A DNA stretch of 64,000 bases from Octopus sinensis. Lineage: Eukaryota. Every line of letters begins with the position of its first letter. Position 1 is the first letter of the stretch. The stretch spans positions 117,118,001 through 117,182,000 of the forward strand of contig NC_043000.1 in the NCBI RefSeq assembly GCF_006345805.1, in the 5' to 3' direction. Shown piece after piece: positions 1 through 12,534 of this stretch. The notes beneath the pieces are model-generated. The model saw only the letters and a list, made by a program, of their open reading frames with translations, ran no database searches and was not told where the DNA came from. The translations under genes were made by a program, and so were the position numbers.

Positions 1-489
1 TTATTGAGTGAGAGAGCAGTTCATGCCATCAAAGTGACACTGGGGTAAAATATACAAAGCCCAATATACCCATCATGACTACCCGTCTGATAAGGGTACA
101 CCAGGCACATGCATCACAACCATATGTGCGCGACATGGTGATCTCATATCAAGATAAACAGCACATGACCTTGCAGGTGGGGCCCAGTTAGAATTTTCTT
201 CAGGTTGAGTAGCCCATCCCGCTCAAACGGTCCCTGAATAAGGGTTGTTAAGGATGTTGAAAGAACCCCATGTTTCAGAGGTGAACTATTCAAACCCCAA
301 AGAATCCCTCTCAACACATGGCTATGATGCTCCCCCACTACTTCTGATCGTGATCAGAGATGCACATATCGTCAGCCACTAAGGGACATGCTCAACTGGT
401 TAAGGTCAAACAACTGACAAGCAAATCTGTGGTATTGAGCAGAATATTTGCTGTAGCCCATCTTTTATACCAAGACAAAACAATGTACA

Positions 490-490
<1 letters not shown>
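1..490. mobile_element. Interspersed repeat fragment abutting an (ATT)n tract (possibly the 3' region of a TAA-targeting non-LTR element)
   Basis: Complex, moderately GC-rich block that starts with TTATT and ends directly in (ATT)n. No protein motif recognised. Confidence 0.35.
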
Positions 491-549
<59 letters not shown>

Positions 550-570
550 ATTTTATTATTATTATTATTA
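489..570. repeat. (ATT)n microsatellite
   Basis: Read directly from the sequence. Confidence 0.95.
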
Positions 571-1456
571 AGCAAGTATTTACATGCTATTATTTATAGC
601 TTTAAGATTTATAGCTTCGAGATTTATTATCCCCACCCACCAAAAAAAATTATTATTTCACGTTCTCAAAGTTTCTGAATTTTTGTGACGTCAACAACTA
701 AACTGACCGTGATTAATTGACATAGTTAATGATGACTTCAACTCGTTATCCATCATGCTGAAAATCTGCAGCGATGACCTAAAATGATTTTGCATAAATA
801 CGTGTACAGAGTTAAATGAAAGAAACGATGTTATATACGGACATAAGCAGCATCAGGTTTAAAAAGTTATAATTTAATACTCTTGGGATTCATCTATCTT
901 AAAACAGCAGACAAAAAGCGTAATTTCCACTCCATCTTAATTTTCCAACTCATCATTGACTGACAATTTAGAATAAAATACCGTTTAAATGGAAATTGAC
1001 GTTTACTTCATAAAATTAAAAATTTGAAATTCTATGGGTTCTTCTCGAGTTCTCCTATTTCATCATTGTCTCTAACTTGTTATAAATTATTTTGACAATG
1101 TAACTATAGTTTTAAAAATTCAATTAATCAACTTGATTAACTAAATTTTTGAAAACTATATTTTCTTAAAATTCTTCTCACACTCTTCTTGAGTAAGGCT
1201 TATTTGATCGATTTTATATTAGATTTTAGCTAAAAAAATTTTTTCCGTTTGTAGGAGTGATGATTTCCACAAAGCTTTCAACTTTTCTCACTTTATTGGG
1301 ACTGATTCAGTCGATGCTCTACCGAGTGAATCAATCTGAATCAACAGAACAACAACCACAAGAACAATATAGATATAGTCATAAACGAGTATCTCACCCG
1401 AATGCATCTAAATTTCCCTAACGTCGAGTAGCATGTTAGCCCTACTCTCTCTGTCT

Positions 1457-1870
1457 ATTTTACTCTTTTACTTGTTTGGGTCATTTGACTGCGTTCATGC
1501 TAGAGCACCACCTTTAGTCGAGCAAATCGACCCCAGGACTTATTCTTTGTAAGCCTAGTACTTATTCTATTGGTCTCTTTTGCCGAACCGCTAAGTGACG
1601 GAGACGTAAACACACCAGCATCGGTTGTCAAGGGATGTTTGAGGGACAAACACAGACATACAAACATATACAGACATATACATATATATATATATACATA
1701 TATATACGACGGGCTTCTTTCAGTTTCCGTCTACCAAATCCACTCACAAGGCTTTGGTCGGCCCGAGACTATAGTAGAAGACACTTACCCAAGGTGCCAC
1801 GTAGTGGGACTGAACCCAGAACCATGTAGTTGGTAAGCAAGCTACTTACCACATAACCACTCCTACGCCT
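1457..1870 (-). mobile_element. tRNA-derived SINE family B with internal (TA)/(CA) microsatellite
   Basis: Reverse complement of the copy at 44081-44528: A-box-like head, B-box GGTTCAGTCCC, CCTTGGGTAAGTGTC core. Confidence 0.85.
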
Positions 1871-2835
1871 ACCAACATGAAATTTTACATTTTGTCAACA
1901 AAAAAGTAATTAATAAATAATAAATAAATTCAACGAAGCCGTTCACTTCATTATAATCCTTATTAGTTCTTGATGCCATGGTATATACAGAATATCAAAT
2001 TCGGGCTCAAGTCAAGAAGATACTACTTTGATGTTGTCTTGTATTTCGTGAAAATCATTGAACTTTTCCTACTTGTGTCATCTTGATTTCCTAAGCACTC
2101 TGTGAACTGAAGTTCAGAAGAAAAGAATACCAGAGAACGTTGAAATGACAATAAGTAGCCGTAATGTATTATTGACTTATAGTTTTTAACATGGAGATGA
2201 AACTGTAAAAGTATTTTGTGAAGGTAGCGAAATATTTTAGAAATAGTTTAAATATTATTAAACCTTAAACTATTGAATCAAAAGAAGGAAAACTTCACTT
2301 CATTCAATAGTTTCACAAGACTTTAAAAAGACGTCCTTAGTAACTCGAGTTTCATGCTACTGTGATCTTTGGGCGAATTCTGCCTGAAGATCGCAGTGTT
2401 GTGAAACTCTAATCGCGAGACAAACTTTCAGCTTCATTTTCAAGAAAATATATATCCGTTACACGAAATGAGAAATCCATTCTCATTCACTCTACGTAAA
2501 GGAACACACACATACACAAACACACACACACACACACACGCACATTTTCGCATGCTCACTCAGGCACACACACACATAGGTGTGTATGTTCGTGAATGAG
2601 CAAACGAACGGAAGTAGTACTCAACACATAGTAATTGTGGTATTTATTGAGGAACAGTTTGACTTAGCTCCCTATATTACTTAAAGCTACGTGGATGGGA
2701 AAATGTGAGCATCTCTTATATACATACATACTTATATATATATATGTGTGTGTGTGTGTATTGCGATGGACTGTCGTCCCGTCCAGCTGGGGTGAACACA
2801 TACGCCGTGAGCTGGCTAGGCTTGAAAAGAGCGAC

Positions 2836-2902
<67 letters not shown>

Positions 2903-2937
2903 CATCTGTGTTTGTATATATGTTTGTATGTATATTT

Positions 2938-3237
2938 TTATATAAAAACTAAAGTTGTGTGTGTGTGTGTCTGTCTACTCCGATTTAGATTCCTAGCTAC
3001 TCCCACATTTTGCGGTGCAGTTTAACCAAAACCGGGTATCTTATAGTCGTGATTCATATCGAGCCCTTCTGGGTATTAGCGCGCGTCTACGAAGAGTCTA
3101 CGATTTTTAAAAAGTTTACCATCATTTTTCCGCATTTTTAATGATTTTTGCTCGGATTATATAAGGGAAGTAACTCTCTAAAAATGCTTATCTAGTTATT
3201 TCCCTTACAAACCGAGCAACGCCGGGCGATACTGCTA

Positions 3238-3238
<1 letters not shown>
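2938..3238 (+). mobile_element. Non-autonomous Helitron-like element
   Basis: Homologous to 61947-62453; ends in the GC-rich subterminal motif CGAGCAACGCCGGGCGATACTG followed by CTAG|T. Confidence 0.75.
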
Positions 3239-3298
<60 letters not shown>

Positions 3299-4029
3299 TG
3301 TGTGTTTGCATATTTATATAAATTTGTTTGTGTGTACGTGTGTATTAGAGAAAGGAGGAAGGAGAGAGAGGAAGAGAAAAAGCAGCTACCTCTACATAAT
3401 TTAGTCATCCTTCTGTATATGATCTATAATGAATATAATAGTCATGTTCAGACTGAAAGATAAAGATTATGCGTGGTTACTGATTCTGGTAGAAACATCA
3501 GTAGAGCCTTGTTCAAATCATATGCTGAATCGTCTTTTTGCGAAAGACGTCACATTGGACGGTCAACATATCCTTAACCATACAACAGCACGAGATAATT
3601 GTTTAAAATCTCTTTCCACTTACGTCTGCTCGATCAGACATGACTTATAGCTAAGCATCAACAACGAATTCAAGTCGATCTGTTTATAATGCTGTGTCCC
3701 TGCTAGCAAGGAAAGCCGATGCTGACAATTTCAGATTTCGAATAATATATTAAAGCTATTGGTAGGTAATATTGTGGTTGACAGCCCAGCTTAGTGTGAT
3801 ATAAAACGGAAAAACTGACAATGGAATGAATGCTGCGCATTTTCCCTCAGAGCGTTCCTTTGTTTCACACACTTGAACCTAGGCTAAACAACAAAAATAG
3901 CAAGAAGGATACGTGACAATAATTTCAATATACAGCGAACTTCAGAATATTTTATTAACGTTCTCTGTAAAATGATACTTTCTGGTGTCATTGAAATATA
4001 TTAATATTAAAACCCTGAGCTAGAGAAAA

Positions 4030-4420
4030 GGCGCGCGCGTGAGAAAGTGAGAGAGGAAGAGAGAAAGTGAGAGAGGAAGGGAGAAAGTGAGAGAGAAAGG
4101 GAAAAAGTGAGAGGGGAAGAGAGAAAGTGAGAAAGTGAGAGAGGAAGAGAGAAAGTGAGAGAGGAAGAGAGAAAGCGAGAGAAGAAGAGAGAAAGCGAGA
4201 GAGGAAGAGAGAGAGGAAGAGAGAAAGTGAGAGAAGAAGATAGAGAGAGAGAGAGAGGAAGAGAGAAAGTGAGAGAGGAAGAGAGAAAGTGAGAGTGGAA
4301 GAGAGAAAGTGAGAGAGGAAGAGAGAAAGTGAGAGAGGAAGATAGAGAGAGAGGTAGAGAGAAAGTGAGAGTGGAAGAGAGAAAGTGAGAGAGGAAGGGA
4401 GAAAGAGAGAGAGAGAGAGA
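4030..4420 (+). repeat. Purine-rich minisatellite, ~20-nt unit GAGAAAGTGAGAGAGGAAGA
   Basis: About 18 degenerate units, read directly. Confidence 0.9.
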
Positions 4421-4736
4421 ATTAGAAAGAGGGCACTAATTTGCAATCAAATCTATCAACACTAATAAGTCTTTATGCTTTGGATGCGGAATGGTTAATC
4501 TCCATTAAACCTTTTCACTTAACCTCAGTTATATTATGACGTAAAAAGATTACGACAATTCTATCTTCGCTAGCAACTGGCTAACGAAAAAATACCTACT
4601 TAAAACTATAGGTTGAAGGAAACTGCTTTTATGGAATTATGTTGTTTTTGGAAATATTATTTGACATGGTCAAGAAACGAATTGACAGAGTCGTTAGAGA
4701 ATCGGACAAAACGCCGCATTGTAATATGTTCCGATT

Positions 4737-4970
4737 AGGCGGTGAGCTGGCAGACACGTTAGCATGCTGGGCGAAATGCGTAGCCGTATTTAGTCTGCTG
4801 CTACGTTCTGAGTTCAAATCCTGCCGAGGTCGACTTTGCCTTTCATCCTTTCGGGGTCGATTAAATAAGTACCAGTTACGCACTGGAGTCGATATAATCG
4901 ACTTAATCCGTTTGTCTGTCCTTGTTTGCCCCCTCTGTGTTTAGCCCCTTGTGGATAGTAAAGAAATAGG
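4737..4970 (+). mobile_element. tRNA-derived SINE family A with 16-bp TSD
   Basis: GGCGGTGAGCTGGCAG head, B-box GAGTTCAAATCC, core GTCGACTTTGCCTTTCATCCTTTCGGGGTCGA. TSD GTAATATGTTCCGATT at 4721-4736 and 4970-4985. Confidence 0.9.
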
Positions 4971-5519
4971 TAATATGTTCCGATTTACTTCTGAGTTCAA
5001 ATCCCACTGAGATCATCTTTGTCCTTCATCCTTTCGAGGTTGGTAAAACAAAATACCAGTCAAGTACAATACCCTCTCGACTTTCCTCTCCCTCAAAAGT
5101 GTTGGCCTAATACCAGAATTAGAAATAATTATAAACATCGTATATCTATAAAGAAAAACTAAGTTTGTGCCTATATACGTTTCTCAAAGTTGTTAGGACG
5201 ATTGTAAGTGTATTTGATATAAAGTTGGAAAAGGAAGCGGCTTGAAGATTTGGCTTACCTTCTCTATAATATCCATCAAACTTCTAACACGAATATTACG
5301 AGGTCTTTATTTAAAACTCCAAAGCAAATTCTATATTATATGCTTGGGAGAAGACATCTGATGTAAAACCTTAAGCGGTGTATCACGTGCATTAAAAATG
5401 CCGGAAACCTTTCTAAATATAACTATATAATTTCGGGTAAATATCTTCAATCATTTTAAGAAGTTTTGTAAGACATCAGATACTGCTCATACAGGTAATA
5501 AAATAATTTTAAGAATTAT

Positions 5520-5906
5520 CTTCCCTTGTTCTACTAACTCTCCTACACTCATTAACTCTCTTCCTCCTTCCATTACATCCACCTCACATCCGATTGGGAT
5601 CCATTCTCTTGTGTATTGTCTGCTGCACCGACGTTTTTCTGACGATGTCCTTTAGCTCTTCCTTTCTCCAATCAATAAATACTGTGCTATGCTTAAATAG
5701 TAATCTTACGCTCAAATTGATTCTTTCCATCTTGTTTCCCAGCATTCGCTTTGCTTTTCAGAGTTGTCTATATCCAATAAAAATATACTTAGTTTCCTTC
5801 CTTGCTGTACTTTTGATTTTTGCCGCTTTCCAGTATTGCCAGAAATTTATATATTTCTTATACGTAAATCTGTTCCAGTACATTCATAGGTTTTATCAAT
5901 ATATAT

Positions 5907-5953
<47 letters not shown>

Positions 5954-6222
5954 ATCACGTGACCGACCAGACCATCAGATGTTGCTACACATCGCTGGTC
6001 ACAATGCAATATATATATATATATTCTTTTACGTGTTTCATTCATTGACTGCGATCATGCTGGAGCACCGGCTTTAGTTGAACAAATCGACACTAGGACT
6101 TATTTTTTGTAAGCCTAGTACTAATTTTATCGGTTTCTTTTGCCGAACCGCTAATGACGGGGACGTAAACACACCAGCATCGGTTGTGAAGCGATGGTGT
6201 GGGGACAAACACAGACACACAA

Positions 6223-6268
<46 letters not shown>

Positions 6269-6515
6269 TATACGACAGGCTTCTCTCAGTTTCCGTCTAC
6301 CAAATCCACTCACAAGTCTTTAGTCGGCCCGAGACTATAGTAAAAGACAATCATGTGGTTGGTAAGCAAGCTACTTACCACAAAGCCACTCCTGCGCCTA
6401 TATGTATATATATATATATATATTTGTTTGTGTGTGTGTATATTATATATATATATATATATATGTATATATTATATATATATTATATATATATATAATA
6501 TATATATATAATATA

Positions 6516-6558
<43 letters not shown>

Positions 6559-6960
6559 TATTTACAAACTTCATTCCAATGACGTTGTTAAATAACTGTA
6601 TAAGTTGGACGAAAGAATCTGACTGATTCTCGTCTTTACCACGAAACTTTAAATTATACGTTCTTTCCCAATGTATACCTTTCCATGGATTTGTTTAGCA
6701 TAAAGGAATTACTGAAATTACAAAGATAGTTGAGAGCCTGGAAAGATCCTTCGAATGATCTATTTATTTGTTAATCTTTCCACTCTGATGTCTAACTCTA
6801 TTCCCAAAGAATAGAGGTAACAGCTAGGTGATGCATACATTTTGATATCCTCTTTCTGAAATTTCTCAAACATTTCTTGTCAGTCATTCATCAGGGTGTG
6901 AGTGCTTCTTATATAAGTCTTGGTTTCTGCAGATATTTCTGTTGCGAGTTTCCACATAAT
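5520..6960 (-). pseudogene. Old, fragmented R4/Dong-like non-LTR reverse transcriptase, interrupted by SINE and microsatellites
   Basis: Manual translation gives RIFPGSQLS (~GIFQGDSLS), YNLKFRGKDENQSDSFVQLIQLFNNVIGMKF (~DDLKLYGKNE..DSLVQ...FS.DIGM.F) and FIDWRKEELKDIVRKT...IHKRMDP. Confidence 0.6.
6024..6399 (-). mobile_element. SINE family B copy (internal deletion)
   Basis: Homologous to 1457-1870. Confidence 0.85.
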
Positions 6961-6979
6961 TTTTAGACACACGACACAC

Positions 6980-7015
<36 letters not shown>

Positions 7016-7016
<1 letters not shown>

Positions 7017-7178
7017 GATGGACTCCTTTCATTTTTCGTCTACAAAATCCTCTCACAAGGATTTGGTCAGTCCGAGGCTATATTAGAAGACACTTGCTCA
7101 AAGTGCCATGCAGTGGGACTGAACCCTGTACCATGTGGTTAGGAAGCAAGCTTCTTACACACACAGCCACGTCTGCGC
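7016..7178 (-). mobile_element. SINE family B, 5' half
   Basis: Homologous to 1710-1870. Confidence 0.75.
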
Positions 7179-7595
7179 AATTTCATCGTATTGCTCGCAT
7201 TTGTCTTTATCTTTGCGTTATCATACTTCGTCCATTGTCTCCATTCTACTCACCTTTTTTTTACTTACCTGATATATTTCATCTCCTCTACCTTTCTTTA
7301 ATTTTCTCAGCTACCATCGGTCCGATTTATATATATATATATATATATATATATCTTCCAAAAGTCTCTCATCATCATCTGTACCCACATTCTCTACCAG
7401 AGTATCTGCAGGTTCTTCTTCTCTCTTTTTTTTTTCCTTTCTCCAACATTTCCGAAATTACATTAACACCTGCCAATAACAAGGTGTTGCTATCTTTAAT
7501 GCATTCCCAGGTATTCTTATCAGTAACACTGTTTATTTCTGAGGAACTGTTTTTTTTTTTTTGCTTGAAACTTGTTTCGATCCACTGTCCTCAGA

Positions 7596-7609
7596 TTACT
7601 ACTACTACA

Positions 7610-7670
<61 letters not shown>

Positions 7671-7756
7671 ATACTAATACTACTACTATTGTTATTACTA
7701 TTGTATTGTAGCTCTTGCTGGCTATAAAGCAGTTGTCGGTCTTATTATTATTATTA

Positions 7757-7804
<48 letters not shown>

Positions 7805-7835
7805 TATTATTATTATTATTATTATTATTGTTATT
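7596..7835. repeat. (ACT)n and (ATT)n microsatellites
   Basis: Read directly from the sequence. Confidence 0.95.
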
Positions 7836-8423
7836 GAATTGTCCATCAAAAGACATCTCACTTGGTGGGATTCTGGCCTCCAGCAGCTTTTTCGTACAAA
7901 TATCTCTACAGCTAATTCCTTTCTTTCAACTATTTCCGTAAAACACGAGATATTCAATAAATCCGCTTTTGTTTATTCAGTCATCGTCTGTTTCCCTGCG
8001 TTTCTTCTCCTATTTCTCTCCTATTCTTATTTCACCCTTCTTTATTTCCAATTCTTATTTCTGTTCTATTATTTGTTTATCTGCAAAAATTAAATAATTG
8101 ATTCATTCGAATATCTGCAAAACGTAGAACAAAAGCAACAACATATATAAAGTCTACCCGACAAAAACAATTATGTTCACGGGTGGGAGTGATAAAGATG
8201 GTGATAATGAAAACTATAATGATGATGATGATGGAATTTAGGAGAAGCTGGTAAATGTATGATGATGGGGATGATAATATTGATGAGGGAAGTTCAATAG
8301 TAGTAATACCAGCATTATCAAGTACTTGAACAAATTATCAGAAGTGTGTGAGAGTGTGCCTATCTATCTATCTATCTGTCTGTCTATCTATCTATCTATC
8401 TATCTATCTTTTTTCTTTTTCTT

Positions 8424-8538
8424 TCCAAGATCCCTTTTGATCGAAATTCTAACCCCCTTTTTTTCTTCTCCTCCCCCAAAGCTCTACTTTGTATTTTGTC
8501 CCCTCTGTGTTCAGCCCTGTGTGACTAATAAAGAAACA
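8424..8538 (+). mobile_element. 5'-truncated LINE 3' UTR inserted in a (TCTA)n tract
   Basis: Homologous to the reverse complement of 36124-36240; flanked on both sides by TCTA/TCTG repeats. Confidence 0.7.
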
Positions 8539-8669
8539 TCTATCTGTCTGTCTGTTTGTCTGTCTATATTTATCTATCTATCCATCTATATAAAATTATA
8601 TAGGGTGGTTAATATTTTTAGAAATTTCACCATTAGTGGCCTAGCATGTATACAAATTCAATAGGCAAC

Positions 8670-8808
8670 AATTTTTACACGCTAGAAGCAGCTGTCAAAA
8701 ACGACCAAAACCACATTTAAGAGTAATTTTCGAAGGGAATGAAAAATAAAAACTTTTACCTTGTTATTATTTCCGTCTTTTGACTGCTTCTTCTAGCGTG
8801 TAAAAATT
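8670..8808. repeat. Short foldback inverted repeat (~34-bp arms)
   Basis: AATTTTTACACGCTAGAAGCAGCTGTCAAAA pairs with TTTTGACTGCTTCTTCTAGCGTGTAAAAATT. Confidence 0.75.
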
Positions 8809-8907
8809 ACCTGTTAAAGGTAGTTTTCTCTTGTGTTTAAATGTGCACTATTTTATGTTGAGAATTTGTTGTCTATCCATCTACACACACACAACACACA
8901 CACACAC

Positions 8908-8947
<40 letters not shown>

Positions 8948-8991
8948 TATAATATATATATACATATATATAATATAATATATATATATAT

Positions 8992-9625
8992 GTATGTGGT
9001 AAGGCAATTCGTTGCTAAACCCTTTATTGCTTAGTATTAGTTAAATTTTCCTCGAATGAGGCTTTTACATGCCGAAGACTACTGGTGTAATTGATAATTA
9101 TTCCAAATTAATTAATTTCACCCTTCATTATTACGGATAACCATATTTTATCTCAGTAGATGACCACAGCATCTTGTTTTGGCTACACGCGGGTGGGAAG
9201 GGGCTGGTGACACAATCTTTCCATTCACACATTGAATTGGTGATACTAGTTGCGGATTCTAGCTCGCTCTGATACTGAGTTGAGTTGGTGCCTTCTAGTA
9301 TCTCAAAATTCAATATTAATCATTTATGATTATAGTATTCTACGCTGAAGAGAAAAGAAGTTTTTGGTAAGATAGAATTATTTAATATTTAATTCTTATG
9401 CTTTCCTAAAAACTTGATTTCGAAACGTACGTCCGTAGATAACTTAAAATTGTATGATAGATTGCCGTCAATTCATTCTCTCTTACCTGTTTGTGTCTGC
9501 CTTCCAATTGCTGTTTTTACTGAGATCTCCCTTTTTAGTAGAAGAAATAGCTATAACTCTTTGACTGATATTTCTAAATTCGGTATGTGGTAAGGCAATT
9601 CGTTGCTAAACCCTTTATTGCTTAG

Positions 9626-9628
<3 letters not shown>
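8992..9628 (+). mobile_element. Retrozyme/pLTR-like unit: 591-nt period, 46-nt terminal direct repeat, central hammerhead
   Basis: Identical 46-mer at 8992-9037 and 9583-9628; (TA)n on both sides; hammerhead at 9339-9439. Confidence 0.7.
9339..9439 (+). ncRNA. Type I hammerhead ribozyme with long helix II
   Basis: tctacg-CTGAAGA-[gaaa..aagtttttgg..agaatta/taattct..ctaaaaactt..tttc]-GAAAC-gtac-GTC-cgtaga. Confidence 0.85.
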
Positions 9629-9661
<33 letters not shown>

Positions 9662-9759
9662 ATATTATATATATATATATATTATATATATATATATTTA
9701 TTTATATATATATATTTATTTATATACTTTATTATAAAGCTGCAAAGACATCACAAAAC

Positions 9760-9797
9760 CTGTTACTCAGAGTTTCTCGTTCCCGTTCGTCGGACAG
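9760..9797 (-). ncRNA. Hammerhead-like motif, U4C variant (left arm of hairpin 9728-9877)
   Basis: ctgt-CCGACGA-acgggaacga-GAAAC-tctga-GTA-acag. Confidence 0.55.
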
Positions 9798-9806
9798 TTT
9801 TGGTTT

Positions 9807-9844
9807 CTGTCCGACGAACAATAACGTGAAGCTCTGAGTAACAG
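9807..9844 (+). ncRNA. Degenerate hammerhead-like motif (right arm of hairpin 9728-9877)
   Basis: ctgt-CCGACGA-acaataacgt-GAAGC-tctga-GTA-acag. Confidence 0.4.
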
Positions 9845-10079
9845 TTTTTGTGATGCCTTTCCTGCTTTATTAATAAAGCATATTTCTCCACCTACTGTAT
9901 TCGAGTACTATTTTTTCACCTTGTTTCGCATTTCTACTTTGGTATACGGACACAAACAAAATCCTGAAGTAAATCCAGCAGCATACACCTCCAAACTTCT
10001 GTTGAAATCAGGTGCCTAAATATGTGAATGAGCTTCAAACAGCATACTGCAAAGTGTATACCTGAATATAAAATTATTA

Positions 10080-10122
<43 letters not shown>

Positions 10123-10164
10123 TATATATATTATATATATATATATAATATATATATACACACA

Positions 10165-10523
10165 TATATATACTTAAGTCAAACCATATAGAAAAAAATT
10201 AAAGATACGATAAAACATTTACCTAGAACTAAATAAAGTACGAAATGATAATTATATAGTATATAATTAGTAGGGATTTATTTATTATTATTTCGTAGTT
10301 TATTTATTTCTCGGTAAATGTTTTATCGTATTTTTAATTTTTTTTTTATATATATAGTACGATTTAAATATATCATTGTTGAATTGCTACATGGTGGTTT
10401 CTTCTCTAATTTATAAACATGTATTATATAATGTGAAATTTGATTTAGTATTTCTAAATTGAATTTTTCCCTGTAAGTTTGGAATCATATTCCCTAATAT
10501 ATATATATAATATATATATATAT

Positions 10524-10564
<41 letters not shown>

Positions 10565-10895
10565 TATACTTAAGTCAAACCATATAGAAAAAAATTAAAG
10601 ATACGATAAAACATTTACCTAGAACTAAATAAAGTACGAAATGATAATTATATAGTATATAATTAGTAGGGATTTATTTATTATTATTTCGTAGTTTATT
10701 TATTTCTCGGTAAATGTTTTATCGTATTTTTAATTTTTTTTTTATATATATAGTACGATTTAAATATATCATTGTTGAATTGCTACATGGTGGTTTCTTC
10801 TCTAATTTATAAACATGTATTATATAATGTGAAATTTGATTTAGTATTTCTAAATTGAATTTTTCCCTGTAAGTTTGGAATCATATTCCCTAATA
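10165..10895. repeat. Tandem duplication (396-nt period) of an AT-rich hairpin unit with a PLE-like terminus
   Basis: CTTAAGTCAAACC at 10173 and 10569; internal ~60-bp inverted arms; terminus TTTTCCCTGTAAGTTTGGA..TATTCCCTAATAT shared with 46655-46688 and (reverse) 29215-29255. Confidence 0.85.
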
Positions 10896-10937
10896 TATAT
10901 ATATAATATATATATATATATATAATATATATATAAT

Positions 10938-10980
<43 letters not shown>

Positions 10981-11770
10981 AAGAACTGGGATAAATACGG
11001 TAAGGTGTTTCGTCGGAAGTTCAAATTACTCTGCCAATTGGCTATTCGTGAGTTATTGTCACAAATGCTTTTTATGTGTGTGTGTGTGTGTGTGTCTGCG
11101 CGTGTGTGTGTGTATGTGTCTGTGTATATGTGTGTGTGCTTGTGCGTGTATGTGTGTGTGTGTGTGTGTGCGTGTGTGTGTGTGTGCGTGTGTGCGTGTG
11201 CGTTCGTTCTATTGATTGGTAGAATTAACGAAAGTTAGGTTCTTCTGTAGTTTTACCAGCAGTGAAAAAGAATCCTTACTGCATCCGGAAAAAACAATTT
11301 GCAGTATTCCTTCCGACGTTTTACGTTCTGATTTCAAATCACGCTGGGATCGACCTTGGCTTTTATCCCTTCAGTGGTCGATAAAGTAAAGCACTAGTCC
11401 AGTACTGAGGTCAACGCAATATACTAACACTCAACCCCTAAAATTGCGGACCTTTCTATTTTAACTTCAATTCGTTTCCGTCATTGGAATGCGACTCTTA
11501 TTTTATCCGTTCTTTTTTTACTGAACCACTACGTCAAAGAACGTCAACAAACCAACACCCGTTGTAAAACGAGGATCGGGACAAACACAGTCACACACAA
11601 GCACATCACATACGCATGTGCTCTCTTATACACACAGGGTCGTTGTTTATGTTGCTTGTCTTGTTTACCATTTGTGTCTTTCGTTGTTCGAAAAAATAGT
11701 TCATATTCCATGTACTCGTACTTCGTATTTTTGTTGTACACGTTTCGTTACCTCCTGTGCCCACATATTC

Positions 11771-11818
<48 letters not shown>

Positions 11819-11834
11819 TATATATTATATATAT

Positions 11835-12262
11835 ATATTTGAGTAATTGAATGAATTATCTTATTAAGGATAATTCGAAAGATAACCGATACCTGGGTAG
11901 CAAATTCACATCAGAAAGAACACGGTTGAAGCTACGTCCCTAGGGCATAGACTACGTGTCTTCGTGCGGAAATTTGTATGTTTATTTTAAAATTATAAGT
12001 AAATGACAGAATGGAGTTGAACGACTAGTTAACAAATATCCTTTATTCTCGATAATCGCCATGGGCTCCTTGAGAGAGGTCAGCTAAAAGTTTTTTGTGC
12101 ATTTTGATGTCGACATACGTTCCCTGATTTTCCTGATGAGAAATCTGCATAATGTACTCCTTATTCCTTCGGAATTAGGAATATGCAGCCTTCGAAACAT
12201 ATGTCGAGAATAAAGGATATTTGTTAACTAGTCGTTCAACTCCATGCTTTCATTTACTTATA
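11835..12262. mobile_element. Hammerhead-bearing hairpin element in (TA)n
   Basis: Inverted arms 11994-12052 / 12204-12262; the left arm extends ~160 nt further; hammerhead at 12128-12210. Confidence 0.75.
12128..12210 (+). ncRNA. Type I hammerhead ribozyme, long helix II capped by C(UUCG)G
   Basis: ttttc-CTGATGA-[gaa..ctgcata..ttcc-TTCG-gaa..tatgcag..ttc]-GAAAC-atat-GTC-gagaa. Confidence 0.85.
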
Positions 12263-12362
12263 TATATATAATTAGTGAATGGAAGAAATGGAGCTGAACG
12301 AAGATTCTACAGAATTCCTTTTGAATAATCCGTAACGAGATAATTCATCTTTCCATTTCAAC

Positions 12363-12410
<48 letters not shown>

Positions 12411-12444
12411 CGTATAGATATAAGTATGTACATATACGTATGTG

Positions 12445-12490
<46 letters not shown>

Positions 12491-12503
12491 TGTATATGCA
12501 TAT

Positions 12504-12534
<31 letters not shown>

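Noticed and set aside
5140-5420. Possible decayed Helitron
   Set aside because: Termini only loosely resemble TC...CTAG; insufficient support.
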